64,000 nt of DNA from Candidatus Poribacteria bacterium (GTDB lineage Bacteria; Poribacteria; WGA-4E; WGA-3G). Location of the stretch: NCBI GenBank assembly GCA_963663765.2, contig CAXXUA010000005.1:512001-576000 (forward strand), read 5' to 3'. Shown one piece after another: positions 1-10,267 of the stretch (positions are counted from its first letter, which is position 1; each line of letters begins with the position of its first letter). Below the pieces are notes generated by a model, which made no database searches, was not told where the DNA came from, and saw only the letters and a list, made by a program, of their open reading frames with translations. The position numbers were made by a program, and so were the translations under genes.

Positions 1-35
1 TATACATCTTGCAAAACCTTGTTTAACCAAAGTCA

Positions 36-1898
36 CTATTTGTTCTCGTCGCTTGGGATTGTCCACAATAACACTGTGCCGTCATAACTGCCACTGGCAA
101 GGGTTTTGCCATCCGGACTAAATGCTACATTACGGACCCATCCCGTATGTCCTTTGAGTGTGTGTATGATCTTCCCCGTGTCTGTGTTCCACAAGCGGAT
201 GGTTTTATCCATACTTCCACTGACAAGTGTAATACCATCTGGACTGAACGCTACACAGTTGACCTGATTTGTATGTTCTTCCAGTGTGTGTATGATGTTC
301 CCTGTGTCTGCGTTCCACAAATGAATGGTGTTGTCTCTACTTCCGCTTGCGATTATTTTTCCATCCGCTCTGAACGCGATGCTCTTGACCGTTCGCGTAT
401 GCCCATTAAGTGTGCGGAGGCGATTACCCGTGTCTGTGTTCCACAAGCGGATGGTTGTGTCCTCACTTCCGCTTGCGATTGTTTTCCCATCTGGACTGAA
501 CGCGACGCTGATGACACCCTCCGTATGTCCTGTGAGGACGCGAAGATGCGTGCCGTTGTTTGCGTCCCACACGCGGACAGAGAAGTCCTTACTACCACTT
601 GCGATTGTGCTTCCATCAGGACTGAACGCGACGCTGGTGACATAATGTGTATGTCCTGTGAGGGTGTGTATGAGGTCACCAATGTTGAAGTTCCACAAGC
701 GAATGGTTTTGTCCTCACTTCCACTTGCGATTGTGTTTCCATCTGGACTGAATTCTACGCTGCTGACACCCTCCGTATGCCCTTCAAACGTGCGGAGAAG
801 GGTAGCAGTGTCTGGTTTCCATAGATGAACAGCTGTATCCTGACCGCAACTGGCGAGAATGTTACTATCCGGGCTGAACGCTACACTATAGACAGCATCC
901 GTATGTCCTTCAAATGTGCGGAGGAGATCACCCATGTCTGCATTCCAAAAACGGAGGGTTCCGTCCCCACTGCGACTGGCAATTGTTTTTCCATCCGGAC
1001 TGAAGGCTACACCTCTGACACCCTCCGTTTGTCCGTCAAACGTGCGTAGGTGATCACCTGTGTTTGCGTCCCACAAGCGAAGCGTATTATCCTTACTGAC
1101 GCTTGCGAATGTTTTCCCATCTGGACTGAAGGCTACATGTCTGACTATACCGGTATGTCTTTCCAGCGTGCGTATGAATTTATAAGTGTTAGCGTTCCAC
1201 AAACGGATCGTATTGTCACGACTTCCGCTGGCGATCATGTTACCATCTGGACTAAATACTACGGTGAAGACAGCAAACTCGTGTCCTGCAAGAGTAGGGA
1301 GGTAATTCCCTGTGTTAGCGTTCCACAAACGGATTGTGTTGTCTGAATTCCCACTTGCAATCGTGCTACCATCCGGACTGAAGGCTACGGTATAGACATC
1401 ACCAGCATGTGCTGTTAGTGTTCGGATGTGTGTACCGTTGTGAAAGTTCCACAAACGGACGGTTACGTCCCCACTGCCACTGGCAATTGTTTTTCCATCC
1501 GGACTGAACGCTACACTGCTGACCCAACTCTTATGTCCTTTGAGTGTGCGTATAAGGTCACTCGTGTCTGCGTTCCATAAGCGGATGGTGTTGTCAACAC
1601 TCCCACTGGCGATTGTTTTTCCATCCGGACTGAACGCTATGCTGGTGACTTGAGATGTATGTCCTGATAAGAGATCAAGTTCTTCGCCTGTCTGTGCATC
1701 GTATATCCACACGCCGATGCTACTTGCTACGGCTAACTTTGTGCCATCGGGTGAATACGATAAATTACCAGTAATCTGTCCTTTCCCGAGTCGTGCTTTT
1801 GCACCTTCGGGGAGATTCCATTCTGTGTAGTCTTGAGCAAACGTGGTTGTGGATGCTAAGGTCAGGACGATCCATAGTGTGTAGAATATGTGATTCAT
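36..1898 (-). CDS. Secreted WD40-repeat beta-propeller protein
   Basis: Signal peptide, LPEGAKARLGKG leader and about 14 GH...VAFSPDG...LW repeats. Confidence 0.95.
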   Translation of the reverse strand: MNHIFYTLWIVLTLASTTTFAQDYTEWNLPEGAKARLGKGQITGNLSYSPDGTKLAVASSIGVWIYDAQTGEELDLLSGHTSQVTSIAFSPDGKTIASGSVDNTIRLWNADTSDLIRTLKGHKSWVSSVAFSPDGKTIASGSGDVTVRLWNFHNGTHIRTLTAHAGDVYTVAFSPDGSTIASGNSDNTIRLWNANTGNYLPTLAGHEFAVFTVVFSPDGNMIASGSRDNTIRLWNANTYKFIRTLERHTGIVRHVAFSPDGKTFASVSKDNTLRLWDANTGDHLRTFDGQTEGVRGVAFSPDGKTIASRSGDGTLRFWNADMGDLLRTFEGHTDAVYSVAFSPDSNILASCGQDTAVHLWKPDTATLLRTFEGHTEGVSSVEFSPDGNTIASGSEDKTIRLWNFNIGDLIHTLTGHTHYVTSVAFSPDGSTIASGSKDFSVRVWDANNGTHLRVLTGHTEGVISVAFSPDGKTIASGSEDTTIRLWNTDTGNRLRTLNGHTRTVKSIAFRADGKIIASGSRDNTIHLWNADTGNIIHTLEEHTNQVNCVAFSPDGITLVSGSMDKTIRLWNTDTGKIIHTLKGHTGWVRNVAFSPDGKTLASGSYDGTVLLWTIPSDENK

Positions 1899-1973
1899 GT
1901 GTGGTTTACCTTCTTTTACCTGTATTTGCGTTGTTGGATAGCCAAATACCGGATAGTTGCGAGTGATTGAATT

Positions 1974-2816
1974 TTATTCTGTAGATAATATTCTGTTAAG
2001 ACTACCTCCGAGAATTTCTGCTTTATCGTTTTCGGGTATGAATGTGCAATGTGTTCTGAATGCTTCAAGAGCGTGTTGATATGTCATGAATTTACGGACT
2101 ACGGGATAATCGGAACCCCAGCAGAGTCGTCCTGGACCGAAATGTTCGTAGAGAGCACGCACAATCCAGTGTGTATCGGAATAGGGATAGTCCCACGAGA
2201 CTTGGGAAACGTAGGCGAATCCTGACATCTTTACATGGATATTTGGTATTTTTGCAGAGGTAAGAACTTCGTTTAGTTGTGGATATGGATGTTTTTCTCC
2301 AGAACGCGCACCTGCCATGTGATGACACAAAAACGGTATTGATGGGAACTGTGCTGCGAGTTTGCGTAATGGTGCATGTTGATGACTACCCATTGCTATG
2401 CTTGCGATTAACCCTAATTCTGCGGTTGTCTGGAAGAAATTCTGTCCTTCATCAGTAAAGAACCAGCTGCAATCGTCATCACCTTTGAGGTAGTGTGTGT
2501 AACCTTTTAGGTTGTATTTTTCTGCTGCGGATTTGAGTCTGTCCGTTGCGCCGTCAGTGTGGTAAGTGTCGGTCCAGGAACAGTCTACATCTGCGAATTG
2601 AATGAGTCTGTCTGGATAGCGTTGTACACACTCTGCAATGTAATCATTGTTATCGGGATTTTTGTCTATACGCGCGCAGATTATCACGGCTTTATTTACT
2701 TTGTGTGTATCCATTTCGTGTAGCAGTTGTTCAGCTGTTCCACGACTTTTCTCGTCAGGGACAGGCGGTTGGTAGGGCCAAGTGTGCCATGCGTGTGTGT
2801 GGGAATCAATAATCAT
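1974..2816 (-). CDS. Amidohydrolase_2 family metal-dependent hydrolase
   Basis: N-terminal IIDSHTH, HHMAG and WGSDYP motifs; start placed at ATG 2816. Confidence 0.9.
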   Translation of the reverse strand: MIIDSHTHAWHTWPYQPPVPDEKSRGTAEQLLHEMDTHKVNKAVIICARIDKNPDNNDYIAECVQRYPDRLIQFADVDCSWTDTYHTDGATDRLKSAAEKYNLKGYTHYLKGDDDCSWFFTDEGQNFFQTTAELGLIASIAMGSHQHAPLRKLAAQFPSIPFLCHHMAGARSGEKHPYPQLNEVLTSAKIPNIHVKMSGFAYVSQVSWDYPYSDTHWIVRALYEHFGPGRLCWGSDYPVVRKFMTYQHALEAFRTHCTFIPENDKAEILGGSLNRILSTE

Positions 2817-2979
2817 TTGGGTTTTATGTGTTGTTAATTGGTTGTTTATTGTTATAGTTAATCTTAGTATATATGCGTTGGTATGTTTTGTCAATTTGAA
2901 TTATTTGAAAACTGAATTCAGGGTGGTTTGACATTTTATACAAGAACTGATATCCTACACAGCAAGGAGGAGAAACATC

Positions 2980-4353
2980 ATGGCAACGTTAATGCAAACT
3001 GAAAATCGTATCAGACCGATCTATATTGATGGATACACCCACAAATTGAGTTACGAACCCGGTGAAGATATTGCGTTCCATGTCTCAACAAGTGCGGGAA
3101 ACTACTCCTTGGAAATTGCACGCATCGGTGTGACACGTGAAGTCGTATTCAACGAATCTGAACTCCCTGGGGAAGCACAACCTGTCCCTGAAAACGCTTC
3201 ATCACACGGATGTGGTTGGAATGCCACCTTCACACTTGAAGTACCAGACACATGGTAAAGTGGGTATTATGAAGGCACCCTTCGCGCAACTGATAGCGGT
3301 GGAGACACTTTATATAGAAACCAGCGTACTGCAGAGAGTTCACTGTTCTTCATCATTCGCGCTTCCAAACCGGGTGAAAACACACCCATTCTCCTCCAAC
3401 TCTCTACCAACACGTACAACGCTTACAATAACTGGGGCGGTTTTAGTCTCTACGGATTTCACGGACACAGTAAGTTGCAAGGCAACCGTGTTTCATTTGA
3501 CCGTCCTACTGGAGGCATCTTTAGAAATTGGGAATTACCCTTCATCGTCTGGGCAGAGCAGAACGGATATTCACTTGATTATGTAGTGAATAGTGACTTG
3601 GAATTCCATCCTGATATATTGGAACATTACAAACTCGTATTGAGCGTTGGGCATGACGAATACTGGTCTGCACCGATGCGGGATAATCTTGAAGCATTCA
3701 TCACAAATGGCGGTAACGTTGCCTTTTTTAGCGGCAATTCTGTGTGTTGGCAGGTGCGTTCTGAAGACAATGGACGCGCCCTCGTCTGCTGGAAGCAGAG
3801 TTACAACCAAGACCCTATCTATAAAACCGATGATTATAGTACGCTGAGTACCTTGTGGAGTCACTATCTGGTGAACAGACCTGAAAATCAGCTGACGGGT
3901 GTCGGTTTCTTACAAGGCGGTTATCACTTGAGCCACGGGCAGTTTATGGATGGTAGTGGTGCATATACAGTGCATCGTCCTGAACATTGGGTATTTGAAG
4001 GCACAAACTTAGCAAGAGATGACACATTCGGTGGAGAGCATACCATCGTTGGTTATGAATGTGATGGGTGTGAATTCACGCTTGAAGATGGTTTACCCGT
4101 ACCAACCTATAATGATAGCACACCTGAAGGATTTACCATCCTCGCAACCGCACCTGTCCGTTGGCATCCAGACGATTGCGAATGGTATGAACGTTGGCAA
4201 AAAGGACATACTGGCGCAGCAACAATGGGTATTTATACAAAGGGTGGCACCGTCTTTACTGCTGCAACTACAGACTGGTCACACGGATTGGCAGGTGGGG
4301 ATGCTGTTGTTGAGCGGATTACACATAATGTTTTGCGGAGGCTTTCGGAGTAA
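2980..4353 (+). pseudogene. N,N-dimethylformamidase beta-subunit-like protein with one in-frame TAA
   Basis: ORFs 2980-3258 and 3475-4353 share a frame. Read-through gives W*SGYY...NTYNAYNNWGG...SFDRP...VGHDEYWS...GYECDG; the only stop is TAA 3256-3258. Confidence 0.85.
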
Positions 4354-4423
4354 GCGCGCTATGTAAAATGAATTAAGTCATACTAACCAATATAAAATCC
4401 ACCCTTAAGAGAGTTTTGTCCTT

Positions 4424-5149
4424 CTATTTTTCCTGGTTTATCCATTGATCTAGTTCTTTCAAGTGTTCGCCTACGATAGAATGATCACTCCGCTGCCGAA
4501 ACTCATTACGGAGATTATTATATTCCTTTCTACCATATAGTGTTGCGATTAGGCAGAACAAAAGGGATATGGGACACTTTGCGGGTACGGGAAAAGAGGG
4601 TTGCGTTTCTGGGAGCCAACTGGGACAATCAATCTGCAGTTTACTATCAAGATAATCTTTATCAAATTTCTTAATAAGTTGTGCGTGGTGGAAGTCATGA
4701 ATTCCCTCTTTACCTGCTGGAGTCTCGGTCTGATTCGCGCTCTCTGGTGTTTCTAAACGAAAACCAATTCCGTAAGGTTTTTGACATTCGTCAGGGCAAT
4801 TGCCAAGACATACTAGCATGACTCTGAGTTTTGCGATGCTATGTGTTTGGTTCCACTTGCAATATAAAGACAGGATTGGGACAAAGTGACCATCTTTTTC
4901 CAGAGGGGGCAAGTATAAAACCTTGCCTTGATCGGAAAAATCCAATTGAGGTTGCTTAAATAAAGATTCTATCTCTTTAGTAGTGGTTATAGGTATCCAC
5001 TTATATTTTATTGCATTGTAAGTTTTCAATGCTTGACAGGATGGTTTTCGCTGCGATTTTTTTGTAATCCACGCCGATCTTTGTTTACTTAACAGATGTA
5101 TGAGAAAATCTTTTAACACGTTGCTTGGTGTGGTCATTGCACTCCCCAT
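4424..5149 (-). CDS. Hypothetical protein, last gene of the Dcm/MORC-HK operon
   Basis: 241-aa ORF starting 6 bp after the receiver-like gene; His-rich motif HDFHHAQ. Confidence 0.7.
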   Translation of the reverse strand: MGSAMTTPSNVLKDFLIHLLSKQRSAWITKKSQRKPSCQALKTYNAIKYKWIPITTTKEIESLFKQPQLDFSDQGKVLYLPPLEKDGHFVPILSLYCKWNQTHSIAKLRVMLVCLGNCPDECQKPYGIGFRLETPESANQTETPAGKEGIHDFHHAQLIKKFDKDYLDSKLQIDCPSWLPETQPSFPVPAKCPISLLFCLIATLYGRKEYNNLRNEFRQRSDHSIVGEHLKELDQWINQEK

Positions 5150-5155
5150 GTAAAA

Positions 5156-6460
5156 TTACAGCGAAAACCGAGCTCTGGGTCGGTAATCAATTTCGTCCTC
5201 ATTAAAATAGTTTACAAATCTTTGGGTAAAGGGCGAGGTAGTATCAGCGAGGAACTCTCTACAACACCCATGATTGTAGAAACGGGAAGCGTCTTCACAA
5301 AATACCCAATCAGGGGTCGCAGTCAACCAAGGTTCTGTTACTTCTTTGATGTCTTCACATTCGCGTAGTTTATCCCAAAACCAGACAGGTCGCGAAATCC
5401 AATGGGCTTTGTCAACTCTGCCGAATCTATAGCACTCAATCAAATTTGTATCCAATCCCAAATCTTCATGCCCTGCCAGTCGTGCTGTTTTATTCCAAGT
5501 TTCAATATTCTCCCTATCACCCTTAATTAAACTTGGATACCTTGAAACCAGATGCGGTGCATCTACCAAAATATCTTGCTCCGGTAGGACGAGTTGCTCC
5601 AACCATTTTGATATTCTGGCAGCACCAACCCTCGCTAAAACGTGCTTATTAATCTCATCGTCTGAATCCTTTATATCCTCTACATCTTTAAATCTCAAAC
5701 CGTTTCCAGATTTCGTTATAAACTCCCGAAACGTTGTTTGAAAATGTTCTTTTCCTTTATCTCTCCAGATGAATTGAACGATTTCTCGTGGTAGTAACTC
5801 AAATAAATCTCTGTCAAAACCAAGAAATTCACTGATGGGTTTCTCCAAATTGTCTTGAACATCTTGGACCCTTTCGTCAAAGTCACGCAGCAAATCACAT
5901 AAATTCGGCCAGCACCAAGGTCTGAACCCTTGTTCAGAATCCTGCCAATCACCCATCCAGAGATTAGGATTGTCTAACTGCTGATCCCCCAAATTCAAGT
6001 CCGCGAATGAATCCAGATCTCCTCTCAGGGTTAGATCAAAAGGATTACTACCATACTGATTCAATCCAATAATCAATTTGCATTTTGAAAAGCAGCGAAC
6101 AAGATAAGCGACGATTTCACCGGTTAGAAATCCTGTAATAAGTTTCATCTCTTTTTTCTTTTTCTTTTTTTCTTTCTCTTGACTATCCAATAAATCGTAA
6201 TCAATTATAAAAATTGATGCATTATCTATTTCATCTGCTTCATCCTTGTGATTATTTTCTAGATCCTTTTCTCCTTTCCGAAATTCAATTTGCCTCTGTT
6301 TCAACGCTTTTATTGCGTTTTGGAATTCACCATGTTTTAGGGATTTAACATTAAAATTTCCGCCTTGATTTGACTTGTCAAGTCCCTCCTCCAATTTTTC
6401 CATAAAACCCTTTGTACGTTTCGGTGCATCATCATATATCAGGATTGTTTCCTTACTCAT
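5156..6460 (-). CDS. Receiver (REC)-like domain protein with unknown C-terminal domain
   Basis: ILIYDD and IFIIDYDL resemble the REC acidic pocket and phospho-Asp strand; ATGA overlap with the kinase stop codon. Confidence 0.7.
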   Translation of the reverse strand: MSKETILIYDDAPKRTKGFMEKLEEGLDKSNQGGNFNVKSLKHGEFQNAIKALKQRQIEFRKGEKDLENNHKDEADEIDNASIFIIDYDLLDSQEKEKKKKKKEMKLITGFLTGEIVAYLVRCFSKCKLIIGLNQYGSNPFDLTLRGDLDSFADLNLGDQQLDNPNLWMGDWQDSEQGFRPWCWPNLCDLLRDFDERVQDVQDNLEKPISEFLGFDRDLFELLPREIVQFIWRDKGKEHFQTTFREFITKSGNGLRFKDVEDIKDSDDEINKHVLARVGAARISKWLEQLVLPEQDILVDAPHLVSRYPSLIKGDRENIETWNKTARLAGHEDLGLDTNLIECYRFGRVDKAHWISRPVWFWDKLRECEDIKEVTEPWLTATPDWVFCEDASRFYNHGCCREFLADTTSPFTQRFVNYFNEDEIDYRPRARFSL

Positions 6461-8625
6461 TTTTCTTCCCTCCATTCAATTGAGAAAGCGGTCTTAAATT
6501 CTTTTTGTGGTTCTACGAACCGGACACGACAACCAATATTGTCTGCCACTAATCGGACAATCGTAAGTCCGAGTCCGGTGCCACCGTAGCCAAGTGCTTT
6601 CCTTTCCGGTGAGATTTTTGACTCCCTTTCAAAAGGTTCAAACAACTTCTCTGCGTTTTTTAAATTGATCCCATGTCCAGTATCCTGGATGAGAATTTTA
6701 TGGTTTTTATCATGAGAACGAGAACTGATATGCAGCAAGCGTGTAGGAGAATCAAGCATTGCAGTAAAAGCGTTAATAAACACATTTTGAAAGATGGCAC
6801 CCCATTCAGCAAATGACGCCTTAGGAAGATACAATAGATCATCAAGTTGATTATAATTTATTTTAGTGTCTCTTGCCAAAAAACTTGTCTGGTGGGTGAT
6901 TTCTTCAATTACTGTCTTTGCCCGTAGTCTTTTGTCTCGCATTAGTATATTATCGGCATCAGCGACGTAGTCAAACAGAAGGTTCGTTGATTTTGCCCTT
7001 TTAAGCCAAACTGTTAAATCCTTGCTTAGTGAATTAAGATTTTTTTGAAGTTCAGAATCCAATGTCTTTATCGCTTTGATTTTATTTATGGTGTTTTCAA
7101 TAAAAGCAAACTGTTTTTGCAGTTCATGTTGATATGATAGTGCTGAAATACCCGCAGTGGCAAGGGGGGCAAGCATTCCCATCTGTCCAAGAACAAGTTC
7201 CTGATCATCCTTTACATTCGTTGTTGCCTCATGAACTTCCTTATAAATTTCTTTGTAAACTTCTTTAGGAATATCTGATTCGTATGCTTCTAACACCTGT
7301 TCAATACGTTCAAATTTCAAAGATGTTGGTTCAATTGATTTTTCTCGTTCTTTTTCTTTATTCCTTCTCTTTGTAGTTTCATGTGCGTAAAAATCTATTG
7401 CAGTACGAACCGTAGCTACCAAATCATCATAGGCAGTAGTCTGAGCTAAACGGTCTCTTGTAATCATGATTTTAAGATTAGGTTCATTGGAAGTATTGAC
7501 GATTACAATCCCAAGCACACGACCAAGAGTTGGTAAATTATGCATTGCATTGGAAATTGGCTCAATACTCTTACCAAGGAGTTTGGACTTGTTTTGTCTA
7601 TGTGAGTGATCATACTCTAATTTCAACCAATCGCTCGTTGGTAAACCGTAAAAAGGAAGACGAAAACCTCCATCATATACATGAACACCACCGTGTTTTT
7701 TGAAATATTCTCTTGCTTCTCCTACTTTGATCCTAAACTTTTGTTTTCCCTTTAAATTATAGATACGAATCTCAAAACGGCAAGTGTTTAGGTTTATATT
7801 CTTGTTGAATTTTCCATTATTATGGTCAAAATTTCTAATATTGTAATTATGGATTATTTTCTCTCCATCTGAAAACTCTAAGGAGAGGATCAGTTCCCCA
7901 TCAACACACTTACCAACAAGTCGAGCAATCCAGATACCCTTTACGGCATTCATTTGGCTTAAAAATTCCTTTTCAAAATCCTGCTGAGTTGATTGAAAAC
8001 GGATTCTAAAACGATCTTTTGGATTGTCCAAAGATGATGAGCCAAAAGGTGGTTGCAGCCACCACAATTCTGAAGCGAGTTCTTGAATAGATTTTTCTGT
8101 CCAATTATCTTTGTCCTTTAGACCTTCCAAGATGAGTGTAGTACCATGTGGGGTATCTAATTCCCATTTACTGCGGTTGTATATATCATATTCAACCATT
8201 ACTTTTGTTAGATCCTCAGCTTCCACAGCTTTTTTCCAATCTATTTGGGCTTCAAGCAGTTGAGGGTTTTTACCTTCTGGAAGAGTTTTTATTGTTAATT
8301 CGTTAGCTAGAAATTGAACTGCTAATCGTCCCACTCCTTTTGATCCGGTCATTTTCCGATTAAACTTTTTGGTAAATTCATTATTCTTATGAGTTGTTCC
8401 AATCCGCATCCAGAAATTTTTGAAATCACTATAGGTCATACCATGCCCATCGTCACTAATTTCAATACGTTCCATATCGGGTGTGAAATCAATTATGACT
8501 TCGGTGGCATCAGCATCATAACTGTTTTTTATCAATTCAGCTAAGGCAATGTGTGGTTTGCCAACGAGCCTTTCACCAAGTTCTCTTAGAAGTTCAGCAT
8601 CAATTGTAAAAGCTAGTGTGCCCAT
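6457..8625 (-). CDS. MORC/MutL-type GHKL ATPase-S5 fused to a histidine kinase
   Basis: ELIKNSYDADA, DDGHGM, GSKGVGR, GTTL (GHKL); VYDGGFR and ITRD (S5); YQHEL H-box; NVFINA, DTGHG, GTGLGL (HATPase_c). Confidence 0.9.
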   Translation of the reverse strand: MGTLAFTIDAELLRELGERLVGKPHIALAELIKNSYDADATEVIIDFTPDMERIEISDDGHGMTYSDFKNFWMRIGTTHKNNEFTKKFNRKMTGSKGVGRLAVQFLANELTIKTLPEGKNPQLLEAQIDWKKAVEAEDLTKVMVEYDIYNRSKWELDTPHGTTLILEGLKDKDNWTEKSIQELASELWWLQPPFGSSSLDNPKDRFRIRFQSTQQDFEKEFLSQMNAVKGIWIARLVGKCVDGELILSLEFSDGEKIIHNYNIRNFDHNNGKFNKNINLNTCRFEIRIYNLKGKQKFRIKVGEAREYFKKHGGVHVYDGGFRLPFYGLPTSDWLKLEYDHSHRQNKSKLLGKSIEPISNAMHNLPTLGRVLGIVIVNTSNEPNLKIMITRDRLAQTTAYDDLVATVRTAIDFYAHETTKRRNKEKEREKSIEPTSLKFERIEQVLEAYESDIPKEVYKEIYKEVHEATTNVKDDQELVLGQMGMLAPLATAGISALSYQHELQKQFAFIENTINKIKAIKTLDSELQKNLNSLSKDLTVWLKRAKSTNLLFDYVADADNILMRDKRLRAKTVIEEITHQTSFLARDTKINYNQLDDLLYLPKASFAEWGAIFQNVFINAFTAMLDSPTRLLHISSRSHDKNHKILIQDTGHGINLKNAEKLFEPFERESKISPERKALGYGGTGLGLTIVRLVADNIGCRVRFVEPQKEFKTAFSIEWREEK

Positions 8626-8642
8626 TGTTTTAACCTTTAGTT

Positions 8643-9704
8643 TTATTGAGAGGCGGTTTCAAGATGAAGTTTAATACTTTGTGCAATAATTTGTGCTAAT
8701 TTAACAGGCACAGCATTTCCAATTAAACGACAAATAGTCGTCACATGATGCGGATCATTTGGGTGAACAAATTGATAGTTGTCTGGAAACGTTTGGAGGC
8801 GTGCAGCCTCTCTTACTGATAGTCCTCGGTCCTGTTCAGGATGACCAAACCTACCGTTCCCAAATCCAAAGCAAGTGGTCGTAAGTGTTGGCGATGGAGC
8901 GTCCCATTCCATTCTTCCATAAATTGATGTGTAACCACGACCTATACCATGTTGATGGCATTTAGCGACTAATTCAGCTGGCCAGTCCTTCCAAGTACCG
9001 CCAGGTCTTGATGCTCTAATCCTTTGTAAGTTTAGTTCAGACAACCCCGCAGCTTTATGATATGGATCTTTCTGACTTGTTTGACCAGCTTCAATTGGTT
9101 CCAAATCAGAAATCGTATCCCGAACACTCTTATAGTTTTCCTGCGTATGAGTTGGCTTCAAGAGATCTATCTTGCCATATTTTGATTTTGAAGCGAGGAG
9201 AACAAGTCGTTTCCGGGTTTGAGGAATACCATATTTTGGGCAAAATACCTTCGGATATGCAGACACTTCATAACCGTTGCTTTTCAAAGTTTCTATGAAT
9301 TCCAGATATATTTCCCCTTTTCTGAAAGTTGTTAAAGTGGGAACATTTTCCATTGAAACAATATCAGGTTTGATTTCTGAAATAATATTTGAAAAATTGG
9401 AAAGTAATTTCCATTTGCTATCAGGATTCCGCATGCCTTTGTTATATGCAGAAAAGGGTTGGCATGGTGCACATCCAATTAATATTTTAACGTCACCTTC
9501 AGGATAACGTTGCATAAGTTCAGAAACCTTCACGTCTTCAATTTTCTTATTAATGAAGATGGCTCCCTGATTATTGGTTTCATAGGCATATTTGCAGGAT
9601 TTATCAGCATCTAATCCTGCAACAACATTAAAACCCTCTAATATGAAGCCGTGTGTGAGAGCACCCGCACCGCAGAATAAATCTATAACCGAACAGTCTG
9701 TCAT
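8643..9704 (-). CDS. DNA (cytosine-5)-methyltransferase
   Basis: DLFCGAG, PCQPFS, ENV, QTRKR and GNAVP motifs; start placed at ATG 9704. Confidence 0.95.
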   Translation of the reverse strand: MTDCSVIDLFCGAGALTHGFILEGFNVVAGLDADKSCKYAYETNNQGAIFINKKIEDVKVSELMQRYPEGDVKILIGCAPCQPFSAYNKGMRNPDSKWKLLSNFSNIISEIKPDIVSMENVPTLTTFRKGEIYLEFIETLKSNGYEVSAYPKVFCPKYGIPQTRKRLVLLASKSKYGKIDLLKPTHTQENYKSVRDTISDLEPIEAGQTSQKDPYHKAAGLSELNLQRIRASRPGGTWKDWPAELVAKCHQHGIGRGYTSIYGRMEWDAPSPTLTTTCFGFGNGRFGHPEQDRGLSVREAARLQTFPDNYQFVHPNDPHHVTTICRLIGNAVPVKLAQIIAQSIKLHLETASQ

Positions 9705-10267
9705 AGTAATTTGATATTGTAAATATATAGTTTTTAAACACGGAATGAAGAAACCACATGAACTACAATTCCAGTTCAATATATCTTACAATTTTCCTCT
9801 GTATTTTGTTCTTAATTTTAGCTACCCATGTGCCAAATTCCAAATACACGTTATCGTAGAACGATATTATATCCCTTATTTTACATCAAACTGTTACTTG
9901 TGTCAAATACCAATCAGGAGATATGAATTCGTCATGAAAAATTATATGAATACAATTTCTATAATGTTATATTATAGTACACTTAACATAATTTGTCAAG
10001 TATAATTCAAGCACGGTCGTCTGATCATTGATTTGAAGTAAGAAATAAATATTGCTAATTTAAGAGAAAAAGAACCAATGTCTCTGCCAATTTAATGTTT
10101 GCTAAAAACTTCAACACATCAATTCTGAAAACTTTGGTTCTATAATGATATATATTTCAACACGAATTTAACTCCTATCTAAAGATTTATCAATCCTTTT
10201 GATATTTTTCATCATATCTGCTATACTTTCAAACAACACTTCAACCCAATAGAAACCGGAGTTTCAA

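Noticed and set aside
147-1346. Plus-strand ORFs over the first WD40 gene
   Set aside because: They are antisense shadows of the repetitive coding sequence; the same applies to most short nested ORFs in the track.
9780-10267. Possible Vsr or controller gene upstream of the C5 methylase
   Set aside because: No ORF with recognisable motifs; AT-rich intergenic DNA.
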